A stretch of 64,000 nt of DNA from a bacterium (GCA_963555815.3 CAUVWX020000002.1:32001-96000); one strand, 5' to 3'; shown: positions 49,577 through 60,447, counted from the stretch's first letter. The notes: generated by a model not told the origin, from the sequence alone. Program-made: numbers and translations.

Positions 49577-51350
49577 ATAGGCCAGCCCTGCGACATCCTG
49601 GGCCTCGTCTGTTATGGACAGCATGACGCCGCTGCGGTCCTGGTGCGCGACGGCCGAATCCTCGCAGCAGCGGAAGAGGAGCGATTCACCCGCAAGAAAC
49701 TGGATAACTCATTCCCAGAAGAGGCAATCGCCTTTTGCCTGGAGAAAGGTGAGATCGACGTTCAGGATTTAACGGCCGTCGCCCTTGGCTGGGACCCTCG
49801 AGCCCACCGTCTGAACAAGACCCTTTATCTCCTGCGAAACCTCCCCCTCTCTATTTTCCTCGTGGCCCGGTCAGGGAGGCGCCAGTGGCGGATCTTTCGG
49901 ATGGCCTCCCACTTTGTGGAGCAGACCCGATATCGGGGTCCCATCCACCCGATCCGTCACCACCTGACGCATGCGGCCAGCGCCTTCTCCCCCTCCCCCT
50001 TCGAGGAGGCCGCCATCCTCACGGTGGACGGGGTGGGCGAGTGGGAGACCCTTTGGATGGGGTCGGGCCGCGGCCTTTCTATCAAAGAGACCACCTCCGT
50101 GGGATGGCCCCATACCCTCGGGGGGCTCTACGCGGCCGTGACCCAGCATCTGGGGTTTGAGATGTTCGCAGACGAGTACAAGGTGATGGGACTTGCCGCC
50201 TACGGCCGGCCAGTATATCTCGGCCGCTTCCGAGAGATGATCGTCCTCACCGAGGGTGGCTTCCGAATCGATCCAAGCTACTTCGCCTACTTTGTGGGGT
50301 GGAGAATACGGGCCATGGGGCTCATGATCTGTTCCAGAAAGTTCGACAGGGAACTCGGGCCGCCGCGCGCTGCTGGGGACCCCGTTGAAGAGCGCCACGC
50401 TGACCTCGCTGCTTCTCTCCAGGCCAGGACCGAGGAGGTCCTGATTCATTTCGCCCGGGAGGCCGTCAGGCGGTCCGGGCTCCTGAATCTGTGCCTGGCA
50501 GGGGGGGTGATGCTGAACTCGGTGGTGGTGGGGAAGATCATGGAGTCGGGGATAGCCGACTCCATATTCGTGCCCCCCTGCGCCGGGGACGCTGGGGCCT
50601 CCCTCGGGGCTGCCCTCTATGTCTCCCACGTGATGCTGGGCCTCAAGCGTGCGGAGGCGTTTCAGGACGCACGCCTCGGACCGGAGTGGGGGAGAGGAGG
50701 ATATACGGAGGGCCGTCGAGAGGGCTTCCCTTCGATGGACGCAGGCAGATGATCCTGTCGCCTTGACGGTGGAGGCCCTGGAGGCGGGCCAGATCGTGGG
50801 CTGGTTTCAGGGAAGGATGGAGTTCGGACCGAGGGCCCTTGGGGCCAGAAGTATCCTGGCCGATCCCCGAAGGGACAACATGAAGGACCTCGTCAACGTC
50901 AAGGTGAAATTTCGAGAACCCTTTCGGCCCTTTGCCCCCGCAATTCCGGAAGAGCGGTTTTCAGATTTCTTCTTGGGGGCGCCACCCTCCCCGTTCATGA
51001 CGCAGGTGTATCAGGTGAGGGAGGACAAGCGGCATCTGATACCGGCCGTGACCCACATCGACGGGACCGCCCGGGTCCAGACCGTCCGGCGGGACGTGGA
51101 CCCTCTCTTCTGGAGGCTGCTTGAGGCCTTCGGGGATCGAACGGGAGTTCCTGTTCTTTTGAATACCTCCTTTAACGTGAAGGGCGAGCCCATCGTCAAC
51201 AGCCCGACGGACGCCGTCCACTGCTTCCTCAAGGCGGGCCTCGACCTTCTCGTCATGGGCCGCTTTTTGGCTAGAAAGAGGTTGGCCGAGGGCGCCCCCG
51301 AAGAGGAGACTGCTCCCTTAGCCTTCTTTCCCCGGGGTGGGGCGGACTGA
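49577..51350 (+). pseudogene. NodU/CmcH-family O-carbamoyltransferase, frameshifted at G5 (50688-50692) and lacking a canonical start
   Basis: ILG...HDAAA, EEERF.R.K, HH..HAASAF, DGVGE, EYKVMGLA, AGGV.LNS; C-half EFGPRALG.RS, FREPFRPFAP, LNTSFN in another frame. Confidence 0.85.
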
Positions 51351-51514
51351 GCCTGAAATGAGTTGATCTAGGAAACTGGATGACCCGAGGTCTTCTGCAC
51401 GAGGAGATCCGGGGTATTCAGTTCGTCCTAAGAAGGTTGGCACTTACCGCGACTCCTCTCTAAAACATAAAGCGGCCCTGAAACCGAAGGAGAGAAGGGT
51501 TTACCCTGTGTGGA

Positions 51515-52198
51515 CTATCCCTGGCCCCTCGACATCTCCCGAAAGAGGTACCGGAGGAATCGGAGTCCCGTGGTGAGGGAATGGGCCTTGCTTTCGCCCC
51601 CGATGCGGTGTCCCTCGATGGTGGGGATCTCGCCCACCTTGAGGCCCAGTTTGAGGGCGCGAATGGACATCTGAAACTCGATAGCGAACCCCTCTGCGTC
51701 GGGGTTCATTCGCTGGAACGCCTCCCGAGTGACCCCCCGAAAGCCGTTGATGGAGTCTGAGAGCCGCCCCCCCCAGATGAGGTTTGCCCACCAGGTAAAG
51801 GCACGGTTTGCCCAGGCCCGCCAGGGCAAGCGAAGTTCATCCTCCTCATTCTTCGATCCCGGGAGGAATCTCGAAGCGACGGCCATGTCGTGGCCCAGGC
51901 GGAGGAGATCCAGGAGCTTTGGGATGTCGCTTGGGTCTTCGTTCCCATCAGGGCTGAAGAAAATGAGCCAATCTCCCCGAGCCTCCTGGACGGCCAGACG
52001 AAAGGCCTCTCCCCGGCCGGGTCTTGGCTGAAGGAGGATCCGGCCTCCCCGCTCCCGCCATAGCTCGATGGTCCCGTCCGTTGATCCCCCATCGACGACA
52101 AACCACTCATCCACCGCGTGAAAGGGAACACGGTCTACGAGGGCTCGCGAGCCTTCAATCTCGTTGAAGGTGAGGATGACGAGGGTGGACTGGGTCAC
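51515..52198 (-). CDS. GT2 glycosyltransferase, polyprenol-phosphate sugar synthase (Dpm1/Ppm1-like)
   Basis: LTFNE, VVDGGSTDGT, G.G.A, PDG..DP, ASRF, D.I.GFR, E.P.....R.GG.SK; GTG overlaps the upstream stop. Confidence 0.85.
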   Translation of the reverse strand: MTQSTLVILTFNEIEGSRALVDRVPFHAVDEWFVVDGGSTDGTIELWRERGGRILLQPRPGRGEAFRLAVQEARGDWLIFFSPDGNEDPSDIPKLLDLLRLGHDMAVASRFLPGSKNEEDELRLPWRAWANRAFTWWANLIWGGRLSDSINGFRGVTREAFQRMNPDAEGFAIEFQMSIRALKLGLKVGEIPTIEGHRIGGESKAHSLTTGLRFLRYLFREMSRGQG

Positions 52199-53175
52199 CG
52201 TTTGAGGGCGGTCTGGGTGAGGTACCACTCAACTGTCCTTTGAAGCCCCTCCGCTAGCGGGGTTCGGGCGTGAAATCCGCACCTCTCCCGCGCCTTGGTG
52301 GTGTCGCAATTTCGGCGTGGCTGGCCTGCCGGTTTAGAGGGATCAAAGCGGATCTCCAACTCGCGCCCTGAGATCTGGATGAGCCTCTCGACCAGTTCGC
52401 GGATGGTGACCTCCTCCTCAGTGCCGAGATTGACCGGGTCCGGTTCAGAACAATGTTCCGCCAGGCGAAGGAGGCCCTCCGCCAAGTCCTCCACATAGAG
52501 GAAGGACCGCGTCTGATCTCCATCTCCCCACACGACGACAGGATTCTCCCCCCCGAAGACCCGCCTGATGAGAGCTGGGATGACGTGGGCTTTTTCCTCA
52601 TCAAAATGGTCTCGGGGGCCGTAGGCGTTATAAGGCCTGGCGATGGCGATGGACATCCCGAACTCCTCGTGGTACATCCGGGCCGCCACCTCGGCGAACC
52701 GTTTCGCCCAGCCATATCCGAGATTGGTGGGTTCTGGCTCCCTGACAAATCCTTCGCTTTCAGGTGTGGGGATGAGGCAGTCGCGGGGGTAGACACAGGC
52801 GCTGCTGACCACCAGGTAGCGCTGCACGCCTTCCTTGCGGGCGGCTTCCAGAAGCTGGATCCCGAGGAGGGCGTTATCACGGAACATGATTCCCTGGTGG
52901 GATAGATTGTAAGCGATCCCTCCCACCCGGGCCCCGAGATTGAGCACCACCTCTGTCCCGCTGACCGTTCGCTGGCAGCACTCTGGCTCTCGGAGATCGT
53001 CCTGAATCCACTCAATATCGTCGAAGACGCCCTCCAGGTTGGCCAGGTCCCCGTTCTCCAGATTGTCGGCGACTCGGATTTGTGCCCCTAAGCTCAGCAG
53101 GCGCTCAACGACGTGGGAGCCGATGAAGCCCGCCCCACCTGCCACGAGAACCCTCTTGTCCTTCCAGAACCCCAT
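52195..53175 (-). CDS. GDP-sugar epimerase/reductase (GDP-L-fucose synthase/ColC-like SDR)
   Basis: GGAGFIG, VGGI, SACVYP (epimerase Cys), YGWAK, HVIPALI (His), WGDG...R.FLYV.D. Confidence 0.8.
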   Translation of the reverse strand: MGFWKDKRVLVAGGAGFIGSHVVERLLSLGAQIRVADNLENGDLANLEGVFDDIEWIQDDLREPECCQRTVSGTEVVLNLGARVGGIAYNLSHQGIMFRDNALLGIQLLEAARKEGVQRYLVVSSACVYPRDCLIPTPESEGFVREPEPTNLGYGWAKRFAEVAARMYHEEFGMSIAIARPYNAYGPRDHFDEEKAHVIPALIRRVFGGENPVVVWGDGDQTRSFLYVEDLAEGLLRLAEHCSEPDPVNLGTEEEVTIRELVERLIQISGRELEIRFDPSKPAGQPRRNCDTTKARERCGFHARTPLAEGLQRTVEWYLTQTALKR

Positions 53176-53387
53176 CCAATCCCATCCTGCAAAAAGTTTC
53201 GAAAGCCAAGCGAAGTATATTATACTTTTCAGCCGGAGGAGATCCAGATCCTTCTCAAGGAGGGGGTGAGGTCGCCTTTTTCGAGTACGATATACAGGGA
53301 CAAAGACAGGTATCCCCGGGTAAAAAAGGGGGATTCATCCTCTAAGAGGGCCCCAATAAGGCCCTTTTTCCATGGCGGAATGGTTTC

Positions 53388-54415
53388 TTGAAGCAGCGCG
53401 TCCTCGTCACCGGTATTAGTGGCTTCGCCGGAGGTCATCTGGCTGAGTATGCGGCTGGGCTCCCGGATGTGGAGCTCTACGGGATGGTGCGCTGGCGAAG
53501 CCAAACGAGGCACCTACGTCATCTCGACAAGCGGTTGACGCTCATCGAGGGGGATGTGAGGGACCAGTCCTCGGTCCTGCGTGTGATGCAGTCCGTGAAG
53601 CCTCACCGCATCTTTCATCTGGCGGCCCAAAGCTATGTCCCGACCTCCTGGAACGCCCCCGAGGAATCCTTGACGACGAACGTCCTGGGGACCCTTCACC
53701 TCCTTGAAGCGGCCCGGCAGGTGGGGGGCGACCCCCTGATCCACATCGCCTGCTCTAGTGAGGAGTACGGCCTTGTCTATCCTGAGGAACTTCCTATTCG
53801 GGAGGGCCAACCCTTTCGTCCTCAGAGCCCCTACGCCGTGAGCAAGGTGACGCAAGACCTCTTGGGCTATCAATATTTCTGGAGCTATGGACTGCGGATC
53901 ATCCGGACCCGCGCCTTTAACCACACCGGCCCAAGACAGCGTGAGGTCTTCGCCGTATCTAACTTTGCCAGGCAAATCGTGGAGCGGGAGCAGGGGCTGC
54001 AAGGGGAGCACTCCGGGTGGGAGACCTCCAGGCAGTCCGTGACTTCATGGATGTGGGCGATGCAGTGCGGGGCTACTGGCTCGCCCTGGAAAGGGGTGAG
54101 CCAGGGGAAGTCTACAATATTGCTTCAGGAAAGGGGTATCCGATGGAAGACATCCTGGCTCAGCTCATGGCGACGGGAAAAGTCCAGCTGGACCTGGAGG
54201 TGGATACCTCGCGGCTTCGCCCATCGGACGTGCCGAGGCTGGTCGGAGACGCGTCGAAGTTCAAGGCCCGGACAGGATGGGCGCCCGAAATTCCCTTCGA
54301 GAATACCTTGGCGAACCTCTTGGAATACTGGCGAGGTCAGCTCGCGGTCACGGGCAAGGGACATGAGACCACGAAGCGGGCCGTCGCCAACCCTCCGATC
54401 TCCAAGAGTATCTGA
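53388..54415 (+). pseudogene. GDP-mannose 4,6-dehydratase/RMD-like SDR, frameshifted at G4 (54003-54006)
   Basis: TGISGFAG, FHLAAQSYV..SW, SSEEYG, SPYAVSK, FNH.GP; continuation VGDL...RDF.DV, RLRPSD, GDASK lies in the 54017-54415 frame. Confidence 0.85.
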
Positions 54416-54479
54416 CGTCTTCCCGCCTGGGGAGAGGAGAGATGCGCCCAGGCCGGCACCGATCGCCAAAAGCTTTCCG

Positions 54480-55706
54480 TTACCCAGAAGCCTGCGATCC
54501 CCTCTCGAAAAATGTCGTGAATGCCTCAATCACGTAGTCGAGGTCTTCTTGGGTGAGGCCTTGATGACACCCGACATAAAAGCCTCGTTGCTCTATGGAC
54601 TGGGCCACCGGATATTGAGCCCCCAGGTTTCCAAAGAGCTTTTGATAAACGGGTTGGCTCAGGAGGGGAAAGAACGGGCGGGTCTCGATCCCCCGGGCCT
54701 CAAGATGCATCAGAAGGGGGGTCCTCACCCCATCCCCCGTTGCCATGAGGGGAAACATCATGAAGGCGTGGCCCCGGTCATCAGGCAGATAGGGCAGTTG
54801 GAGGTGATCCTCAAAACCTTTCAGGTGGCGCAAGAGGTATTCGGCGTTCTGGCGGCGTCGCTGCATCATGGCCTCTCTCTCTTCCAGCTGGGCCAGGGCG
54901 ATGGCCGCTTCGATCTCTGTGGCGCGGTAGCTGTAACCCAATCGGACGAATGAGAAGCGCCGCTCGATCATGGCGGCCATCCGGTCGTCCTCGTCCAGAT
55001 TGTCGTCATCGTCGATGCTGAGATAAATGGAGTCCCGCCCGTGGGCGATGAGGCTCCGGCATATCTCGGCGGACTTTGGGTCGTTCGTCGTAATCAGCCC
55101 CCCCACCCCTGACACCAAGAGATGGGCAGCATAGGTCGAGAAACAGGCGAGATCCCCCATTGATCCGGCGGGACGACCCTTGTAGGCGACGAACATCGTT
55201 TGGGCCGAATCTTCCAGCACATGCAGCTTCTTTTTTTTGGCAATGTCCAAGATGGGATCCATGTCGCAGATGAGACCACAGAGGTGGACTGGGATGATGG
55301 CCCTCGTGCGATGCGTCATCCGCCTTTCGATCTGAGCCGGGTCGAGGTTGTAAGTCCGCGGATCCACATCCACGAAAACAGGGGTCAGCTGATTCTGGAG
55401 CACGATATTCGATGTGGCCACGAAGGTGATGGCGGGTACCAGAATCTCATCTCCATCAGAAAAATCGTATTGCTCCTTTAGACAGGCCAGGGCGACTTGG
55501 AGGGCACTGGTCCCGCTGTTGCAGAAGATGGCGTGGCGACAACCGTGCTCGCGAGCGAAGGCCTCTTCCAGCCGGCGGGTGTATGTCCCATACGTGAGGC
55601 GGTTTGAGTCCAAGACGGCATGGGTATACCTGCGCGCGCGCTCGCTTATCTCGAGATGGCCCAGTCCGATCCGTCGCACCGCGCCCCCATCATCCACCTT
55701 GTTCAA
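54480..55706 (-). CDS. DegT-fold PLP enzyme with His in place of the Schiff-base Lys (ColD/RfbH-like 3-dehydratase)
   Basis: NSGTSAL, PAITFVAT, PVFVD, EDSAQ, FSTYAAH...G.GG; no Cys cluster after HGRD. Confidence 0.8.
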   Translation of the reverse strand: MNKVDDGGAVRRIGLGHLEISERARRYTHAVLDSNRLTYGTYTRRLEEAFAREHGCRHAIFCNSGTSALQVALACLKEQYDFSDGDEILVPAITFVATSNIVLQNQLTPVFVDVDPRTYNLDPAQIERRMTHRTRAIIPVHLCGLICDMDPILDIAKKKKLHVLEDSAQTMFVAYKGRPAGSMGDLACFSTYAAHLLVSGVGGLITTNDPKSAEICRSLIAHGRDSIYLSIDDDDNLDEDDRMAAMIERRFSFVRLGYSYRATEIEAAIALAQLEEREAMMQRRRQNAEYLLRHLKGFEDHLQLPYLPDDRGHAFMMFPLMATGDGVRTPLLMHLEARGIETRPFFPLLSQPVYQKLFGNLGAQYPVAQSIEQRGFYVGCHQGLTQEDLDYVIEAFTTFFERGSQASG

Positions 55707-57355
55707 TCTTTTCTTTGAAACACAGCGATCTTCTCGGGCAATGGCCTGCGGATGAGCCCGAGGAGCCGGACGTCCTTTTCAAACCGCTTTATCAGGACGA
55801 AGTCTTCTCTCTCCATGAGCTTCTCCAGGAGATCCCGCTCCTGGGGATTGGAGTCAGAGGTGAAGGAGATGAAATATTGGAATCGGCCCAAGGGGGCAGA
55901 AAGCTCTGGAGTTATTGAGAACTGGAGGGCCGGAAACAGTGAGGGATCATTGAAAGGATATTCACTCCGGTTGATCCCCACGTGGGTCTCCGCCGGGATA
56001 TTCTTCAGAACCCAGCGGAAGGCCTCGGGCCTCACATACGTGTCCTGGATCCGAAGGGACAGGGGATTTAGCGCGCCGCGTCCCAGAAGGAGGAGAGGAA
56101 TGAGGACAAGGACGCCTCCCAGGGCGTAACGATATCCGCTCCTTCCCATCCGATCACTCCATCGCCTCCAAACGACCCATAGAAAATAGGAGGCGAGAAC
56201 CAGAAAGAGGGGAATGACCGGCATGAAATAGCGGCCAAGGACAAATTGGGGTGGGCTGAGGAGAAATTTCCCCAGGAAGAGGACAAGCACCAGGGCGCAG
56301 AACCTCTCCGGCAGGCTTCCCCGGAGGCCGACCAGGATGGCCCCACCCAGGGCGCTCAACGCCAAAAGCCAAGCGCCGTTCATGGAAAGCTGCCTTCCAA
56401 TGGCCACGAAACTCTTCAGAAAGGGAAGATAAAGGCCAGTAGAGGTGGAAGGGACGTGCTGGTTGCCGATCCATGCCAGGTCCGAGATAAATCCCCTGTA
56501 GTCCAAGAAGGAATAGGGGTTCCCGAACGCGAAGCCGAGAAGCAGGAACCCCAGGCCCAGGTAGAGGCGCCAGTCACGAAGTTTTTCCAGAAAGGGAAAG
56601 GAGTGTCCCTTGCCGCGGTGAGGTCTCATCCAGTGAGCCAGAAGGATGGCCGGCATGAGGACGAGGGAATTGTACTTGGTCGCCACGGTCAGACCCCCTA
56701 CGAATCCCGTGAGGGCGTAGAGCCCTCACCCCCGGTTTTCTCCCGAGAGCAGGCGGAGGCAGAGGAGCAGGAAGACTAAGGAGAAAAAGGTCACGGGAAG
56801 GTCGGCTGTCATGGAGGGGTAAAACTCCAAGAAGCTTGGGTATAAAGAGAGAAAAGTCGCGGCGAGAAGTCCAACCCCCGGGCCGTAAAGCTTGAATCCC
56901 AACAGGTAAACTCCGACGATGATGCCAAGGGCTGAAAGGATGGAAACCCATCTCCCGGCAATGTAGACCCTTCGAAGTTCTTCGGGACGTTCAACGAAAT
57001 ACCCCTGCCCTGGAACGGCGGGGAGCTCTATCAGCCTCGTTAGGCTGGCCAGGCCCACAGACGCCCCTACGAGATAGGTGTTCAACGGGCCGACGAAAAA
57101 CGTTTCCAGGCCGAAATAAAGTTTTGACGGCCTCCAACCCTGTATGTTTGCTATGGTCCTGTCCTCGTTCGGAGAGAGGGAGAAGGAATTTGGGACGTTG
57201 GTCAAACTGTGGTCCAATTGAACGACTGCCGACACGAGTGTCCCGATGAGCAGGAGCGGGAGGATGAATCTGGCAAGGGCGTGGGGATGGCGAAAGAAGC
57301 CTTGCTGTTTGTGACGGTCGTCGGATTTTCCGCTCTTGTCCCCTTTGGGAAACAA
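55703..57355 (-). pseudogene. GT-C (ArnT/PMT-like) membrane glycosyltransferase with an in-frame TGA at 56726-56728
   Basis: The two ORFs (56726-57355 and 55703-56686) are in the same frame: ..ENRG*GLYALTGFVGGLTVATKYN; GR..S...G....VY.LG..LY, RY..PV.P. Confidence 0.75.
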
Positions 57356-57750
57356 ACTATCTAACCTCTCTCAGAGATGACTGGTGATTCATCAAGCCCT
57401 ACAGAGCGCTGGCTTCAATCTTCCTAAGCCGTCCATTCGGGATTGTGCGGGCATCGAAGGTGGCCACATTCTCGGGTTTTCAGTGACCGATGTTGAATAC
57501 GCTGGATGCGTTTTTGTCTGCGCACCGCCTTTTCCACGACGCCTTGGTGCTGTCGCCAGACGAATCCTTGTATATTCTTCTTTTCTCAGCCGGAAAGCTA
57601 TGCTGAGATAGATATCGGGGCCGGTTTATCCTCAATTTGGGGACATCTCAAGTCTGGCTCGAAGCGGAAATGGGAGGGGCCGCTTCAGGGTGTCCTAAGG
57701 ACCCAAACAAGTTTTGTTTGTCCTCGACCAGAGGCGAAAAGTCGAAGCTC

Positions 57751-59409
57751 ATGCAAAGCAGACGCGGCTTCCTCATCCTGGCAGTCTTTTTGGCGGTGGG
57801 CCTGTGGTGGGTCTTTCCCTCTTCCCACCCCTTTCTCGTTGTCTTTCTCCTATCGACTTTTGTCGTGGTCCTCCTTCGAAGGTTTGCCCCTTCTTCCGAC
57901 TTCCCCTTCCTCCTGAAAATTTTCGTTGCCTCTCTTATCCTCCGTGTTGCCTTGGCTGTCGCCACTCATCATGGACTTGGGGGAAGCCTCAGCCTTCCGG
58001 CCCTGGCCCCGGACGCCGAGCGCTACTCTGCCTGGGGGTGGTACATCTCCATGCTTCTACAGGGCCATCAGCTTCAGCTCATGTCCCCAGAGGCCTTCTG
58101 GAGCACCTTCCAGGACACCATCCCCTACGTCCTCCATCAGGACTTTGTGGAGATCGCCGGAGGCGATCGATTTCCCCCCTACTCGGCCTATGCGGTGGGC
58201 TGGTATCCCTATTCCCTGGGGGGACTCTATTACTTGACCGGTTACTTTCCCATCCTCCCGCGCCTCCTGAATACGCTGGTGGGAAGCCTTCTGGTCCTGG
58301 CTGCTTACGCTCTCGGCCGTGAGATTTTTAGTCCGAAGGTGGGCCGTCTCGCGGGCATTCTTTGTGCCTTCTTTCCCTCTCTCATTCTGTGGTCCACCAC
58401 GGGGCTGAAGGACCCTTATCTTGTGCTGCTGATGGTCCTGGCCTGGTTGGGCCTCGTCAAATGGATTCGGATCTGGAAGGTTCGCTGGATAGCGATTTTT
58501 GCCGTTGGGATTTTTGGAATGTGGATGGTGAAACCTGTCTTTGGGGCCATGGGCCTTCTGGCGGCGGGGGGATGGGGGGTGGCTCACTTCGTCCACTTGG
58601 CTGGCAAGAAGACGCGTGTTGCCCTTCTCGTTCTTCTCATCCTCGTCGCCGGCGCCTCCGCATGGCAGTCCTCCATCCCAAGGGACCTCTATGGGAGGGT
58701 CGCCCTCAGCGCGGCCAGGATCCAATTCAAAAATTACTGGAGCGGGGGCCAGGTTTACGCCACCCTTCCCATTTCCACTTTCTCCCAAGCGGACTATCCG
58801 TCGCAACCCCACCCCCCCGGGACCTTTTTCGTCTCACTCCTTCGCGGCTACACCTATTTCTTCTTCGCCCCCTTTCCGGGCCAGGGACATTCGCTGAAAG
58901 ATCTCGCTCTTTCCCTCCACATGGTCCTCGGATATCTCTTTCTTCTGCCGGGGGTGTTGGGGTATTTTCGCGCCTTTCGGTCAGACTGGCGGGCGAATTT
59001 CCCCATCGGCCTCTACCTTCTTCTGGCGGCCACCTTGATGGCTGCCATTGAGGCGAACTTCGGCACCCTCATCCGGCATAGGGATTTTTTGATGCCGCTT
59101 TTGTTGATCTATGCCGCTGGAGGGCTGGCGTTCCTCACCCCTTTGGGGTCTCGGCTCTGGGGGCGAAAGGGCGCCGTTGCCAGAGGACCTGAAGCCCCAG
59201 GGCGGCAAAAAAAGGATGGGGGGGCTCATGGCTTGCACTCTCACCCTCAGGAGGGCGTAGAAGACAAGGGGGACGAGAAACCAGAAGCCGAGGAAGATAA
59301 AGAGGAGGATCGATCCCTCCCAATTTTGGCGCGCCCGAGGGAGACCCAGGAAGGCCAGGAGCATCAGGAGAATGTAGGGGACCCCCAAGACGATCCAGTT
59401 CCTGAGTGA
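57751..59409 (+). CDS. GT-C membrane glycosyltransferase
   Basis: PDAERY luminal motif, RLLN.L.G, FFPSLILWS...LKD, N.GTL.RHR; C-terminal tail doubtful (overlaps the convergent gene). Confidence 0.7.
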   Translation: MQSRRGFLILAVFLAVGLWWVFPSSHPFLVVFLLSTFVVVLLRRFAPSSDFPFLLKIFVASLILRVALAVATHHGLGGSLSLPALAPDAERYSAWGWYISMLLQGHQLQLMSPEAFWSTFQDTIPYVLHQDFVEIAGGDRFPPYSAYAVGWYPYSLGGLYYLTGYFPILPRLLNTLVGSLLVLAAYALGREIFSPKVGRLAGILCAFFPSLILWSTTGLKDPYLVLLMVLAWLGLVKWIRIWKVRWIAIFAVGIFGMWMVKPVFGAMGLLAAGGWGVAHFVHLAGKKTRVALLVLLILVAGASAWQSSIPRDLYGRVALSAARIQFKNYWSGGQVYATLPISTFSQADYPSQPHPPGTFFVSLLRGYTYFFFAPFPGQGHSLKDLALSLHMVLGYLFLLPGVLGYFRAFRSDWRANFPIGLYLLLAATLMAAIEANFGTLIRHRDFLMPLLLIYAAGGLAFLTPLGSRLWGRKGAVARGPEAPGRQKKDGGAHGLHSHPQEGVEDKGDEKPEAEEDKEEDRSLPILARPRETQEGQEHQENVGDPQDDPVPE

Positions 59410-60369
59410 GGACCCGCCCCAGGTGGGCCTCCAAAAGTTGACGAGCTTTCCTGGCAGGACGGCGAAGAATCGCCCCGGGTGCTCTCTGACGTACTCGAAG
59501 AAGGCCTTGGAGTGGAGGGCGTCTTTTTTTGTCTCTGAGATACCCGAAGGGACGAGATAGGGAAGTGGGCAATCTGCCAGGAGTCGTGGTATCCGTCGTT
59601 TCCCCCCTCGGAGAGGGGATTCGTCCCGGCCCAGAGGGCCTCTCCCGTCCGGGGGACGCCCACAAGGAAATTTCCTTGAAGCTTCAGGTTGTGAAGGGCC
59701 CAAGGAAGGAGCATCAGGACCACCACCCCGGTGGCGAGGGAAACCCCTATCGTCGTCCGGCGGAGCTTTCGTCTTCCCCTCCAGAAGAGATAGGGGATCA
59801 TCAGGAGGACAAGTGTGAGGTAGCCCGGACGGATCAGGGCCGTCGTCCCGGAGAAGAGACCCGCCCAGAAAAAATCTCCCGGTCTTCCCTCTTCTCCCGC
59901 ACGATAGATGAAGAGGAGGGTAAGGCTCGCCAAAAGGATCGTGATCGTCTCTGTCAGAAGGATCGGCACATAGAAGAGATAGAAGGGATACAGGGCGGCC
60001 ATGAAGCCGGCGGTGACCCCCACCCCGCTTCCGAAGAGGCGGCGGCCAAGGAAAAAGAGGACGAGGGCGTTAGCCGCGTGGAGCAGGGACTGGACGAGTC
60101 CGATCCAAAGGGCGGATTCCCCAAAGAGCCAAAAGAGCCCCGCGAGGAAAAGGGGATAGCCTGGCAGCCAACGGGAGGTGGGCACCCCGTCGATGAGATA
60201 GCCCTCCCCCCCCAGAATGGAGCGGGCGAGGGCGGCGTATTGTGTCGAGTCTGGCGTGGTGAGGGCCACCCCCCTCCCCGAAGCTGGAGAAGTTAGCGAG
60301 CGCGGTCCATAAGACCGCCGCCCCAAGGGCTACTCCGAAGATGGCCCACTTCCAGTTAGCCGAGCTCAT
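59135..60369 (-). pseudogene. GT-C (ArnT-like) membrane glycosyltransferase with about 3 frameshifts
   Basis: PDSTQY..LA..I..G.GY, PGYPLFLA, YP....Y...LLTE, LIRP, PWALHN; pieces lie in frames 60070-60369, 59364-60326, 58981-59703 and 59135-59665. Confidence 0.7.
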
Positions 60370-60377
60370 GGCTCGCC

Positions 60378-60447
60378 ACTATAGCAAAAAATATTTACCC
60401 TTCCTCAGACAGATTTGAGTTTTTTGCCGCAAGCTTCTTGCTATAAT
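60378..60447. promoter_or_regulatory. back-to-back extended -10 promoters for two divergent GT-C genes
   Basis: TGCTATAGT on the minus strand (60386-60378) and TGCTATAAT on the plus strand (60439-60447). Confidence 0.55.

Noticed and set aside
54010..54953. Apparent novel C-terminal domain on the 521-aa ORF 53388-54953
   Set aside because: Produced by the frameshift at about 54005. The true C-terminus is in 54017-54415, and the extension is antisense to the ColD-like gene.
57356..57750. About 390-nt lower-GC intergenic region with short ORFs
   Set aside because: No repeats, IS ends or protein motifs; consistent with a divergent promoter region.
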